Assembly: GCF_018350175.1 (NCBI RefSeq)
Contig: NC_058368.1
Location: forward strand, 93,002,001 to 93,066,000
Origin: Felis catus
Taxonomy: Eukaryota
Length of the DNA stretch: 64,000 nucleotides
Reading direction: 5' to 3'
The notes under the pieces were generated by a model. The model worked only from the letters and a program-made list of their open reading frames with translations. It was not told the origin of the DNA and made no database searches. This document shows, piece after piece, positions 27,786 to 42,006 of the stretch (the first letter of the stretch is position 1; the number at the start of each line of letters is the position of its first letter). Both the position numbers and the translations under genes were made by a program.

Positions 27786-28008
27786 TTAAAAAAAATTTTT
27801 TTTTTCAACATTTATTTATTTTTGGGACAGAGAGAGACAGAGCATGAACGGGGGAGGGGCAGAGAGAGAGGGAGACACAGAATCGGAAGCAGGCTCCAGG
27901 CTCCGAGCCATCAGCCCAGAGCCCGACGCGGGGCTCGAACTCCCGGACCGCGAGATCGTGACCTGGCTGAAGTCGGACGCTCAACCGACTGTGCCACCTA
28001 GGCGCCCC
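27786..28008 (-). mobile_element. Young SINEC_Fc
   Basis: CpG-rich; perfect 16-bp TSD ctctatttgctttctt (27770-27785, 28010-28025). Confidence 0.96.
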
Positions 28009-28819
28009 ACTCTATTTGCTTTCTTAACAAATCCACGACTGTAGGTATTTTATTCAGTATCTACTTTTTAAGCACCACGTTTGTGCTGAGCACTGCCCTG
28101 GATTCTTTACTAGAAAGGAAATGCGGGATATGTAAGATGCTGTCCCAGATCAGACTGCAGAACTCAGAACCTCATTGAGGAGGAAAAGCACACACAGAAG
28201 GCAGCTGGGGCTTCTGCGTGTGAGCCCCTCGCTCTGGAGGGCTGGGTGAGCAGAAGTCCCCACGCCAGCAGGTGAGTTAATTGTGAGGAAGGTCTCTGTC
28301 ACTAAGCTCCAGACCCTCTTCCTCCGAATGACCTCCACTGCAAGTTCATCTTGGAGAGTGGACTTCAAGGATAGGATATTTTGGGTATCAGAGCAGAAAG
28401 AAAACAGTTACATTGGGAAGCTCAAGCTTGTGGTGGGGGAGGGTATTTTCTGGGGACAGATTCTGTGTTATGCCTGCACGTAACGTTACTTGAAACCTCT
28501 GGCAAAGACCATTAACCATAGCTCTAGAATGCAAGCAGATTGAACCGTCGTCATGCATTGCCCCTAAAATCTTTCTCATTAGCATCAACGTGAAAAATGA
28601 GTATAAAGATGTCTTGGCATCCATCATTCTGATTACTCTAACTCCCCCACAAGCGAGCTTGAAACCCATCATATATTTTGATCATATGCAATATAATGGG
28701 AATATTTTTACAGGTGGATATTAATACACGACATGGAATCCGGTGTTGAATGGCTAGGATGTTAAGAATGTTTTCCATTTTCTCTATGGAAATATTATTT
28801 TGCAGTTTGGAATGACAGC

Positions 28820-30240
28820 CCTCACCCTTGACTCCTTACCGCACTTTCCTGTCTTCCTACTTGACAGATTGGCTCGACCTTCCATCTGCCCTCTGCACTG
28901 AGGGGTCCTTCAGGACTTGGCCTTGTGTCCTGTCCTTTTCTCTCCACTTCCTCCAATTTTCCCACTCATCTCAGAAAACGACCTAACTAGTGATACCTTC
29001 CAAGTTCATTCCCCCGGTCTGGATTTCTCTCAGTGACTTGCATATACTGCTACCTGTGTGGCGTCTATGCTCAGATGACAGTGGCCAACATAGAATCTTT
29101 GCTTCCCTCCTCCCCCCACCAGCCCACTGTACTCAGGAAATGGCATGGCCAGCCACTGTGTTTTCCAGAGTAGAAACTCAGCCACCTAGGATTCTTTTCT
29201 TTCTTTTATCACTCCCACATTCAGCCCCTCTGCAAGTTCTAGCAAGATCTGCAAACTATATCTCTAGCGCGCCCACTATCTCCATTTCCATGGCAACCCC
29301 ACCCCCCCAGTCCAGGTCATGGGGATACTAACTGCAGCCAATCAGATGCAGTAGTCCTTCCTCCCCTGTGTCCTTGGTATCCCTTAAAGTGAAGATGAAC
29401 CCTTCAAGCTGTAAACCAGATCATGCCATTCCTCTGCCTAATACCCTTCAGTGGATTCCTGCAGAGCTTGAAATGAAATCCAGTCTGGATACCGCAGCCA
29501 ACAACGTCCTGCACGTCTGATCCCTATTTGTTTCTTTCAGTTCATCTCCTTCCACTCAGCCCCATGATCATTTAGTTTCAAACACCCTGGTATTCTTTTA
29601 TTTCCTTAAGCACACTAAGCTTTACATTTTTTTTCTTTATGTTTATTTATTTGTGAGAGAGGGAGAGACAGAGCATGAGCAGGGGAGGGGCAGAGAGAGA
29701 GGGAGACACAGAATCCGAAGCAGGCTTCAGGCTCTGAGCTGTCAGCACAGAGCCCGAGGCGGGGCTCAAACTCACGAACCATGAGATCATGACCTGAGCT
29801 GAAGTCGGACGCTCAGCTGACTACCCAGCCACCCAGGCGCCCCAAGCACGCTAAGCTTTATAAAGCTCATGCCCTTTCCCTGTCCATTTCCCCTGCCTAG
29901 AAGGTTCTTCTCCTGGCTGTTGATGGGACTGGCCCCCCTTCTCAGGAACTTAGGCACATGTTTTCCCCGGTGCCCACATCTGCTGTCAACTCCAGTTTAT
30001 TCTTCCCTGTTTCATCACTTGTTGGTTTTTCAGAGCAGTGTCCACAGACATAATTACTTTATCAAATTGCTTCAAGTCGGCTCTGTTGACTTTGTCTTTC
30101 TTTCCTGGTGAAAGTTAGCTTCTCAGAGCAGACCCTCTGTCTGCTGTAAATGCTGTTGTACGGCTAGCACGTAGCACAGTGCTTGGTGCACACTGAGTGT
30201 TGAGCACCCTGGATATTTAGCAAATGGATGAATAAGCAGC
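28820..30240 (+). mobile_element. L2 remnant with a nested antisense Can-SINE (29626-29842)
   Basis: L2 3' end ctagcacgtagcacagtgcttgg...caaatggatgaat; SINE TSD aagcacRctaagcttta. Confidence 0.7.
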
Positions 30241-30579
30241 AGGTTAGGCTGGGGATTATCTGCAGAGTAGAATAAATTATGTTTGTTTGTTTGTTTGTTT
30301 CCTTAACCTTGGCTTTGAAATATGTAGCGTGATCAAATGAAGCCAAAATAAAACTCATTTGAGGTGTAGATGAAACCCCTTGTAGTAAAAAGCAACTATG
30401 TGATAGAAAGTTTTTCTGGGGAAGTTACTGAAGAAGAATGTTCTCTGGACTTCCTAGGGAGTTGCAAAATGATGTTGCTATAATGCCTTGGCATTTAGTA
30501 GGATGTGTTCTGTACACATTTGAAACATGGCATAGATTCACTTCACTTGTATTACGCTTTTGTATGCCCAACTTCCATG

Positions 30580-31299
30580 AACATATTTAATTAACATTAG
30601 GACCTATGCAGTGATTAGGATAGTCAGTATTAAATGAACGTAATAAGGCACTTCATTAGAAAGTACTTATTGTTCTCTGCAAGGTAGACGTGGCTCCTGT
30701 CCTCAAGGAGCCTCACAGACAAGTGGGGGTGATAATCTTGCAAGGAAATCCTTACTGTTCCTCTGTGGTATCAATAAGAGACATATACAGAAATCATGGA
30801 ATAAAGGAGGGAGTTTTTAGATTTGGCTAGGGCACGCACAATGTCCTAGAAAGAAGTGAGCGTGGAGTCTTGGTGTTAAAGGAGTAAGAATCTGCTAGGT
30901 GGGAAGACTTTGCAGCCCATGGAGCAGAATGCACAAACACACGGAAGCACTGTTAAGGTACTGTGTTCTGGAATTTCTGCACCCAGAGGGAGATAAAGGT
31001 AAGGGGAATAGGTGCTGAAGTTGAAGAGATAGGCAAAACCAGATTGCAGAATGGGGGCCTTTGAATGGCTTCCATCTTGACAGCAGGGGGCTGATATAAT
31101 TGATATTTTTACCAAGGTTATTAAAAGGTGGAGGATAGTTTTTGGTAGAAGGCTCTGGTAGTGGAGATAGAAGGCATAGAGGAGATCGTCCAGGAAGGTA
31201 CAGAGTGAGAGAAGCGTCAGAGATGGTCCTCAGGAGAGTAACGGCACTTAGCTGGGGAGGGAGGAGAAAGGTGGATTTTTTTTAAGTTTATTTATTTAT

Positions 31300-31353
<54 letters not shown>

Positions 31354-32640
31354 CGAGCGAGCGCATGAGCATGAGTGGGGGAGGAGCAGAGAAAGAGGGA
31401 GAAAGAAAATCCCAAGCAGGCTCTCTGCTCAGCACTGAGCCCAACACGGGGCTCAATCTCACAACCATGAGAGTGTGACCTGAGCTAGTATCAAGAGTTG
31501 GACACTTAAAGGAAGGTGGATATTTAAGGAAAGAGAGATGGATCCTTTGGAGTGGCAGCAGATGGGGGTTGGGGGGAAGCCATATGTCACACAAGCCAAG
31601 AGATCTTTTTAAAAAAATTTTTTTAATGTTTATTTATTTTTGAGAGAAAGGGAGACAGAGCACAAGTAGGGGAGAGGCAGAGAGAGAGGGAGACACAGAA
31701 TCTGAAGCAGGCTCCAGGCTCTGAGCCATCAGCACAGAGCCCTATGCGGGGCTCGAACTCATGAACTGCGAGATCATGACCTGAGCCATAGTTGGATGCT
31801 CAACCGACCAAGCCACCCAAGCGCCCCAAGAGATCTTTTTTAGGAAGGAAGGAATGATTAATGTCAGGTCAAGTAAGAATTAAGATGGAAGGACTGGATT
31901 TCATAATTAAGATGTGTTTACTGACCTTCCCAAGAGTCCTGTTAGCGGGCTGATGGTGGCAAAAGCCATGTGGGCACGCTGGGGGATGAAGGAGAACAGA
32001 AAATATCACCTGTGGCACACAGAGCTGGGAGTGGGGGTGGTAGGAGGGATTGGGGGAGGGGTTCTTCTTTGTTTCTTTTCCTTTGTTTATAGTGAACCAT
32101 CGAGATTTGCACTAGCTGAGAGAGGAAGCACAGAAACCAGATTTTCCATGCAGAACTGGTTTGGGATATAGCATTGCTTTGGATTTTTCCTTATCGGAAA
32201 ATAAGGGGAGAAGGATGAGATGTGGTGTGATGGTGGCCGAAGTAGAAAGTTGAGGGCATTTCTGATATTGAGGGAAAAGCATGGCCTTCAAGGGGAAAGG
32301 TGATTATTCAGAGTAGGCGCTAGGGAGGATGGGGGAATAGTCCTGTGTGAGGCTGTGGGTTCAACTGAGCCCAAAGGCACAGGTGGCCCCAGTCCATCTG
32401 CAACACCCTGGACAGCAGGTCTCGGCTTGGAGGTTACCGGGGTGGGCCCACCTGCATGTAACAGCAGGGAGGGCAGCTGTGAATGTGGTGAGGTCAAAGT
32501 TGAAGTCATGGGCACGAATGGCAGGAACCAGCCTGGTTCAGGAGGGGAGTAGCTGGGAGGTCTGAGGAGCAGGTGCATTGTGAGTGATGGAGGGAGGGCC
32601 AGTCCTGGAAAGATAGGAGGCTCTTTGGGAGCAATGTCAG
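30580..32640 (-). mobile_element. L2 remnant with two nested antisense Can-SINEs (31277-31510, 5'-truncated; 31605-31827)
   Basis: Purine-rich L2-like sequence; SINE TSDs aaggtggat and caagagatcttttt. Confidence 0.6.
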
Positions 32641-33211
32641 AATTCTCCCATCTAGCTTGGCATTTCTTCACCAGTTACCTGGGAAGGTACCTGTGCCGTA
32701 TTTATGCCGCTGTTGCCCAGAACAGAGCGTGGAAAGCCTGTCTTGGAATTACTCTCTGAATCTGTGGCACAGCTTAGGACTACCTGGAGGCTTGGTGACC
32801 CTGAGCCCTTTTGGGGATGGACTTGACATTTTGCCAAGTCATCCGGAGCTAAGTTGGGTGAAGAAAATAGACAATCAAGCTGGGTAATATCATTTTCAGT
32901 AGAAATGGAAATGTGGATTTAAATAATAGGATTATTTTTCTTATGTGACTTGTGCCACGCCCTGACAGCAGTTTCTAAAGAGGACAGTGACAGCATCTTT
33001 GGAATGTATATAGCCTCTCAGAGTGACTAGTTTGAGGGTGCATTCTTTTGGATGTAAACATCTCAAGAGATTTGGGGATCCCCGACACTCGCTGATACGA
33101 AGTTGAGCAGGCTTCTACCATTATATCCATATAATCTTTTTGTATCTGTTAGATTGAAATCCTTTATGTTAATATGGTATTGGAAGGGGTGAGACTCAAC
33201 AAAAATATTTC

Positions 33212-33233
33212 TTTTTAAAAAAAATTTATTTAT

Positions 33234-33269
<36 letters not shown>

Positions 33270-33435
33270 CAAACACGTTCACCAGCGGGGGAGGGGCAGA
33301 GAGAGAGAATCCCAAGCAGGCTCAGTGCTGTCAGCACAGAGCCTGATGTAGGGCTTGATCGCATAACCGTGAGATCGTGACCTGAGCTGAAACCAAGAGT
33401 TAGACGCTTAACCGACTGAACCACTGAGGCATCCC
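33212..33435 (-). mobile_element. Can-SINE
   Basis: TSD aacaaRaatatttct. Confidence 0.92.
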
Positions 33436-34009
33436 TGAACAAGAATATTTCTGTAGTCAACTTGTCCTGCTCTGTATTTGCGACCTGTTTCTTTCCTGGA
33501 AACTGGAAAAAAAATGTCTTCATTGTCTACTAGCATTTGTTCAAACTTTGAAAGTCCCCAGCTGAAAACTTAGGATAAAGGCAACACTCAAGCCGTTATG
33601 TTGCCAAATGTAACTTAATTTGTTAAAATTCGGTATGTGTATGAGAGATTCAGCTGGCTGTCCATCTCCTCGAGGTCCCAGAAAGAAGTGTGGTACATTT
33701 TGCTGTCAGACTCCGGTCCTTGCAGAGTAACACTGATAGCATTATTGGGATAATAACATGGGGAAAAGCTATGCCTACAGAATAATTAAACTAGAAGGGG
33801 GGTTTGTAGCCAACATGGGAAAATCGCTTTCCTGACTCTACAAGAGCAGAGTAGCTGGGCTCCAACTGTAGAGCAGACGAGCCCTGCCCGCCTCCGTTGC
33901 GAGTCAATTACCTGAGAATGCACTGTTCTCATTTTGGGTGGCATTCCTCTCATGCTTTCTGCTTAAGTTGGCTACTTACCAAAAGGCAAAGAATATGTCA
34001 TCTCTTAGT

Positions 34010-34170
34010 GGGGGAGCTCCACTGGCATTCTGGCAGACGGGTCTTTCTTGCGCGTGGGACTCCCAGAATTACAGCATGTGTGGCACCCCTGGCTTCCTGG
34101 CTCTAAATGCCAGGAGCCCCCACAAGTCGCTGTGCAGTCAGAAATGTCCCCGCACATTTCCAGATGATGC
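34010..34170 (+). mobile_element. MER20-like hAT element remnant
   Basis: ggcacccctggcttcctggctctaaatgccagg...aaatgtccccgcacatttccagatg. Confidence 0.65.
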
Positions 34171-34357
34171 CTCTGATTTACAGACTCCTGGAGCCTGGTG
34201 GAGTCGTTTACCGAGAAGCCAGGGAAGATGCAGGAAACATTTTTTTCTGTCTCTTCCACCGTCTGCCTGAATGTGTGTCTATCTACTTACAATATCTATC
34301 TCTCTCCTTTTTCTTTGTTATTTTTTTTTCATTGTGGCATGAGGAATGACAGAAGTT

Positions 34358-34860
34358 GTTTTTTAATTTTTTTTCTTTGAGTTTATTTATTTTGAGAGAT
34401 AGTACGAGCAGAGGAGGAGGAGGAGAGAGAGAGGGAGAGAGAGAATCCCAAGCAAGCTCTGTACCATTGGTGCAGAGCCAGATGCAGGGCTTAGTCCCAT
34501 AAGCCACAAGATCATGACCTGTGCTAAAATCAAGAGTCTGATGCCTAACCTATTGAGCCACCCAGGCGCCCCAGAAATGACAGACATTTTTTTTAAAGAA
34601 CTTTTATTAAAGAAAGATTGGAAGGGCGCCTGGGTGGTTCAGTCAGTTAAGTGTCCGACTTCAGCTCAGGTCATGATCTCACGATTCGTAAGTTTGAGTC
34701 CCACATCGGGCTCTGTGCTGACAGTGTGGAACCTGGAGCCTGGAGCCTGCTTCAGATTCTGTGTCTCCCTCTCTCTGCTTCTTCCCCACTCACACTGTCT
34801 CTTTCTCTCAAAAATAAATAAACATTTAAAAAAAAAGAATCCTTACAATATTAAAAAAAA
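34358..34860. mobile_element. Head-to-head Can-SINE pair (- 34358-34572; + 34623-34860)
   Basis: Opposed heads about 50 nt apart. Confidence 0.92.
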
Positions 34861-35498
34861 AAGAAGAAGAAGGAAAGATTGGAAACAAATTAATAATCCA
34901 AGCAAAGGCTAAGGGAGAACAGAAGCAAAGAGAAGGTAGATCAGTAGGTGGAGAAGCCAGAAGGAATGTTTCTGCCACACTTGTCTGTGGTCCCTTGTGG
35001 TTTTCTCCCCAAAGTCAATTAAGATTTCCTATAAGGACGCTCATGTACAGTTGCGTTATAGGCCATAAACACCGCAGAGGCACCGTAAATAGATTTCACT
35101 GAGAACGTGGTTAGAATTGAGGAAGGGATTAGATCCAGACCCTTGATGAGGAGAACAGACTGTTCCTAAGGCAAGTCCATTCCAGCTTCATCAAGGATGG
35201 GGTGGGGTGCCTTGCTGATAGGTGCAACCCTTTCTTTTAAAATGATGTGACTTACACGATCGTCCAGGAGCACCGACCCCGGAATAACTTCAGCTCCTGT
35301 GTAGCAAGTTTCTCATTTTAATTTTTGCAAAACCAAGTTCTCCTTTTGCGCCAATACCATTTTCTAAAAATAGCGTACCTGGCTAGCATTTAAAAGTTAG
35401 AATCTTTACCTTGCCATGATTGCTAAAAAGTCACCTGTTATGTATTTTTAAAATCTGCACTAACACGTTGTAGACCGTTCATGCCATACTGAAGCTGA

Positions 35499-35939
<441 letters not shown>

Positions 35940-37474
35940 TAAGTTTGTTTCTTTTCCTGAGAACGTAATTTGCCATATGGTGTCCTTGGAAGTGGGAGAA
36001 AGAACATGTTTTATTTAGACCAGAGGCACACATAGAGACTCACTCTTGAAAACTTTGGATTCTCCACTGGGCTTCTTTTAAATGAGCCTGACAAAACGTT
36101 GCTTAACAGTTTTGCTTACAGTAATGCCTCGATGATTATGTATTTTTCTTTCTGATTTGATCAGTTTTCAGTAGAGGGCTGTCTTTATAACCTGTGGCAA
36201 AATTTGGAAACCTACAAATCTTATAGGAGATTTCTGCCTGAAATGTGTGTTCAATGGTAATACCGAATCATGTTGGTGCCATATTGGTTATAGCATAGAT
36301 TATTGTTGAGACAGAAATCCAGTGGAAACATTGGATTCAAGCTGTCTGAACTTCAAGGAATATCTCAGTGTGGTTTGTCAGTTGTAGTCCTTATTTATAA
36401 TGGTGTTCATGGGATTGTTGATAAGGAGCTTATAGATATAATATTTGGTTTTTATTGAACTCAACAGTTAGTGAGACGGAGAAGTATTTGTTTTACTATA
36501 TGAGGTGCTCTGGTGGTTTAAAGCTAGACACACATTCTCAGAATTCAGGAGTTTCCCAGTGAGGCTGACTGAATTCATTAGTAAATAGTGTCAGTGATAT
36601 TAACCTTGTCATGTAACAAACAAACAAAAATAGATTTGTTACATAAATAGAAGGAACTCTATCATAATGACGGGAGAGATCTCATGTGATCTTGGTTGGG
36701 AAAATCCAACTTGAAATTAGCAATAGATAGGAGCAATAGATAGGAGCAATTTCATGGTTTATAGAACTGTTACATATTTGGATGTTCTTTGTAGTAACCA
36801 GATTTTTTTTTAATTTAGCTTTTGAAAGTCAAAGTTGTATTATATATATTATATTATATATTATAATATTATATATTACATATATTATTATAGATAGATA
36901 GATAAAGAAGAAAAATATCTGTGTGAGAATTGTTGCCAAAATAGCAAATCTATAATGCCCCTTCCCCATTTCGATTTTACAGAAACAATCACTTAAAGTT
37001 TATTGAGCCAGGTTTTTGGTAACTGCTTTTCATATTTCTAAATGATATTGCTTATTTTGCTACCACTAGATTTTTTAATCTAGATTTTTATGAAAGTTGG
37101 GGTTTGAGGGGTTTTTTCACACATGCACACCCCTTTCATGACTCTACCCCCAAAAGGGTAATTGCCATCTTCCCTATACATGCTATAAATGCCAATGATC
37201 TACATTCCACACTAACATTATTGAGTATATGATCTGCATTTGTAGTTGAACAGTATAGTATGTTGTTAGCATTTTGATTTTTATTTTCCAGAAATCACCT
37301 CCATTATATAAATGCTCTTCTGCTAGATTCGTGTATATTGAGCAATCTATCAATTTCAGCTTGAAAAACAATTCTTGCTTCTAACTTCCTTGTCCATCAT
37401 GTTAGGGATGTCCTTTGGCTTCTTTATATGCGGCATATGCTTTATATGCTGTATATGTAAGTCACAAAATAAAC

Positions 37475-37566
37475 TTTTTCTTAAAGTTTATTTTACTTAT
37501 TTTAAGAGAAAGCATGGGAGGGGCAGAAAGAGGTGGGGGAGGAAGGGAGGGAGGGAGGGAGGGAGG

Positions 37567-37620
<54 letters not shown>

Positions 37621-40103
37621 CCCAAGTAGGCTCCATGCTCCAACTCACGAACCATGAGATCATGACCTGAGCCAAAGTCAAGAGTCAGACGTTTAACCAA
37701 CTGAGCCACCCAGGTGCCCCTACTCTTTTTCTGGAACCTCATTTCTCCCTTTGTCTTTACTTATTCCTTCATTTTGGTGGAATTCTTCCTCCAGTAGCTT
37801 TTAAGAAAATGTGGGGGAGAGGGAGATTTTTTCCAGAGCCTACATGTGTATATATGGCCTATCTTGTCTAGTGCTTCTTTGATAACTGGGCTGGGTATGA
37901 AACTCTAGATTGGAAATCACTTTCCCTCAGAATATTGAAGTCTTTATTTTCTTGTAGCATCCAGGATCCAACAGTCTGATAGTATTCTCACTTTTTCATG
38001 CCCCCCCCCTTTTTTTTCTGGAAGCTTTTAGGATCATTGTTCTACAATTGCATCAGAGTATATCTTGGAGTGAATCTATTTTGGTCTAGAGTACTGAGAA
38101 TTTAATTCCTGTTCACTCTTGGAATTAGTGTCCTTCAGTTCCTGTAAATTTTCTTGAGTTATTTCATGATTTTTGTTCCTGTGTTTTGTTTTGTGGATAA
38201 CCTCATTTTTATCTTCCAAACTTTCTATTGGAAATTAATTTCTTTTTAATATATATTGATTTCCAGTGTCTCATTTTTGATCCCTAAATGCCCATTAAAA
38301 AAAAATTAGCATCATTCTTTTATTGTTAGAGGCATTGTTTTATTTGCCCAGAGATGTTAATGATAGCTTTTGAAATTTTTTCTCTTTGTATATGCATTGT
38401 TTCCCCAAAGATTCACTTTTGTGTTGATTTTGGCTTCTGGTTTTTTTTTTTTAATGTTTATTTATTTTTGAGTGAGAGACAGAGCATGAGTGGGGAAGGG
38501 ACAGAGAGAGAGGGAGACACAGAATCTGAAGCAGGCTCCAGTCTCTGAGCTGTCAGCACAGAGCCCAATGTGGGGCTTAAACTCATGAGTTGTGAGATCA
38601 TGACCTGAGCTGAAGCTGACTCTTAGCTGACTGAGCCACCCAGGCACCCCTTGGCTTCTTTTTAGGAGGTTTCCTTAAGTAGTTAGGTAGCCTCAGCTGT
38701 TGCTTGTACTTGCCAGTGAGGCACTCAGGATCTAAGTGATGGAAGTGTTTGTGCAAATCCAGAACTCTTGACTGTGGGCTTCACTGCAGGGACGTTTGGG
38801 CGGGGGTGGGGTGGGGCACAGAACACCATTTTCAGTATCTTTATGTATTTTCTCTTTCCTGAGCAATCTGACAGGCTCATGGGAAGTTAGTGTTCCTGTC
38901 CTACCATGAAGGTGCCAGCCTAGGTGATAGCATCGTGGAAACTGAAAGACAGGGCAGAGAAGAGGGCTCACCTGTTCATCTGTGAACCTTCTCCCTATGG
39001 TGCTTGATGCTCTGCAGTCAGCCCACAGATCTTGTGCTTTACCTCTCCTGACAGTAAACCTCCCGGCTTCTGCCAGGGTGGTGAAAAGGCACTACCAGTT
39101 GCACAGACTGGAGAAGGGAATGTAGGTGTCTACCCATGTTTACACAGAATTTGAACCTGTCCTTGCATTTAAAACTCCGTCCTGATCTCCACTTGCAGAG
39201 GTACTGGTGCCAAGGATTCCTGAGTATTTGGGGTGGGGGTGAGTGGTTGATTCTCAGAGCCAATATGGCTGCTGCTTCATGTTTCACCACTCCTGGTCTA
39301 GCGTTCTCCTTCCTCAAGTCAGGCAGGTCAGTTCTCATGTGGCAGTTGGCTTTTCAGCTCCCTTAATATTGTCTTGTCACTCCTTGCTGTCCTTCTGAGT
39401 TTAAGCTTTTTTGTTTGTTTGTTTCTCTTGAAATTATCTACAGTCGTGTTAATGGGATCCAGGGAAAGAGCCTAGGCCAGCATGTTTGTTGACTCCACCC
39501 GCTTTTACGAGAAATTCTGTAGTGACTAGGCTTTAACATCAAGTATCTGAATCTGTTTTAGAACTTGTCTTCCTAAGGATGGCATTTGAAGGATTGAAGT
39601 TATTTGTTTATTTATTCATTTATTTTTAATGTTTATTTTTCAAAGAGACAGAGAGAGACAGAGTGCAAGTGGGGGAGGGGCAGAGAGAGAGGGACAGAAT
39701 CCAAATCAGACTCCAAGCTTTGAGCTGTCAATATGGAGCCTGATGCCGGGCTTGAACTCACAAGTGGTGAGATCGTGACCTGAGCCAAAGTCAGACACTT
39801 AACCGACTGAGCCACCCAGGTGCCCCTAAAGTTTTCTTTTTAAAGAAAAGTAGACTCTTTTATGGTAATGCTTTGTTAGCTCAGAATCAAGGTATTTAGA
39901 GGCTTGTGATATTTTCTGGAGCAGATGTGCCTGTAAAGTTTGAAGAATAAGTATGGAAAACGTTGGCTGATAAACCCATTTAGTTTATGAAGATTGCCCT
40001 TAGTTAGAAATGACACATAACAGCATAGTAATGTGGGTAGAAGCATAATTTAAAGCTTTTTTAAAGTTTTATTTATTTGGAGAGAGAGAGAAAAGGTGGG
40101 AGG

Positions 40104-40151
<48 letters not shown>

Positions 40152-40264
40152 ACCAAACAAGCCCCACACTGTCAGCGCAGAGCCCAATGTGGGGCTCGAA
40201 CTGACAAATTGTGAGATCATGACCTGAGCTGAAACTTAACTGACTGAGCCACCCAGGCACCCCC
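37475..40264 (-). mobile_element. Antisense Can-SINEs at 37475-37720, 38441-38650, 39600-39825 and 40057-40264, partly within old L1M-like sequence
   Basis: Canonical SINE bodies; intervening T-rich L1M-like sequence. Confidence 0.85.
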
Positions 40265-40595
40265 TTTTTTTTAAAGCTTTTTTTTTCATAGTTTAACAGG
40301 ATATACATCTGTACAAGTGGTTCTCTAGTGCATCTACTCTGCAAAGGGCCAGTGAAATAAAATAGCCTCAAAATTGTGCATGTGCCATACATGTTCTTTT
40401 CAAAAGTGGTCCATCTTAACTGTTGTTAGCTGTTCCTTTACTAAATTCAGAAGGCCTGAGGCGAACTGAGTCACATCTTCTTCGCAGCGTGCATGGTTTT
40501 TAACATGCTGAGGTCACTCGGTGACAGACCAGTCCTATGGTCATATCACTAGAAAGTGAAAGTTGCCTGTTTCCTATCAAGAATGAGAGTCTGTT

Positions 40596-41259
40596 GGGAC
40601 ACCTGGGTGGTGCAGTCGGTTAAACATCTGACTTAGCTCAGGTCATGATCTCACGACTTGTGAGTTTGAGCCCCCGCATTGGTCTCTGTGCTGACAGCTC
40701 AGAGCCTAGAGCCTGATTCAGATTCTGTGTCTCCCTCTCTCTCTGCCCCTCCCCACTCAATCTCTGTCTCTCTCTGTCTCTCAAAAATAAATAAACATTA
40801 AAAAAAAAATGAGAGCCTGTGGCCTGCAGTTACATAAAGGACACAAAAGTAGTATGTCAGGGAAGGGAGAGAGACCAGACTCGACCTGGGATGCTGGGAT
40901 ATCATTCCAATTGTGCCATGGAGGGGCGGTGCGGCCTCAGACCAACCAGCTCACTTCTTCCTGTCTTCATTTCTTTTCTGTAAACAAAATGGATTGGTAA
41001 GCTTTCCTCTTCCTTTAAAAAATTTTTTTTAAGATTTATTTATTTTTGAGAAAGAGAGAGAGAGAAAGAGAGACAGAGTATGAGTGGGGGAGGGTCAGAG
41101 AGAGAGGGAGACAGAGAATCCAAAGCAGGCTCCAGGCTCCAAGCTGTTGGCACAAAGCCCGATGTGGGGCTCAAACTCACAAACTGTGAGATCATGACCT
41201 GAGCCCACGTCAGACGCTTCACCACACATGCTTCACCGACCAAGCCACCCAGGAGTCCC
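40596..41259. mobile_element. Tail-to-tail Can-SINEs (+ 40596-40809; - 41013-41259)
   Basis: TSDs aatgagagYctgt and taagctttcctcttcc. Confidence 0.9.
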
Positions 41260-41715
41260 GATAAGCTTTCCTCTTCCCAAGATAACATTTCCTAATTGTG
41301 TGAATATGCAAAGGAGAAGAAAATCATTAACCAGCTTTGTGATGGTAGATTTTCCCCACTTTTTTTTTCATTTGATTTCCCATTCTGCTGCACAAAAATC
41401 TCCAGATTGTGACTGGTAAGATACAGAGGAAAAAAAAGAAATTTGCCTTATTTTTTACAAAGTTGATTTTGATACAATGTCACCCACATCTTACACTTCT
41501 TAAATGTTTCCTTCCTTCCTTCCTCCCTCCCTCCTTCCCTCCCTCCTTTTGTGAAGTTTGCAATACCTCATACAACACACAGCTCTCCAGTATTCTTGGT
41601 TTGAAATTTGGATTTGAATGAACCCCACCAGGCCTGAGTATTCTCTCCATATTAAAGAAGGATTCACACCTAATAGAAATTCTCTTCTTAGTTAATTTGA
41701 ACCAGTCCAGGAATA

Positions 41716-41971
41716 TTTAAAAAAATGTTTTTTAATTTTTTTTAATTTATTTTTGAGACCGAGAGAGACAGCTCATAAGCAGGGGAGGGGCAGAGAGAGA
41801 GGGAGACACAGAAGCCGAAGCAGGCTCCAGCCTCTGAGCTGTCAGCACAGAGCCTGACGCAGGGCTTGAACTCATGGACTGTGAGATCATGACCTAAGCT
41901 GAAGTCAGGCGCTCAACTGACTGAGCCACCCAGGCACCCCAAGAATATTTTTTTAAAAGGAGAGAGCTTTT

Positions 41972-42006
<35 letters not shown>

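Noticed and set aside
36719..36750. agcaatagatagg x2.5 (also a 20-bp duplication at 52327-52365)
   Set aside because: Ordinary slippage micro-duplications
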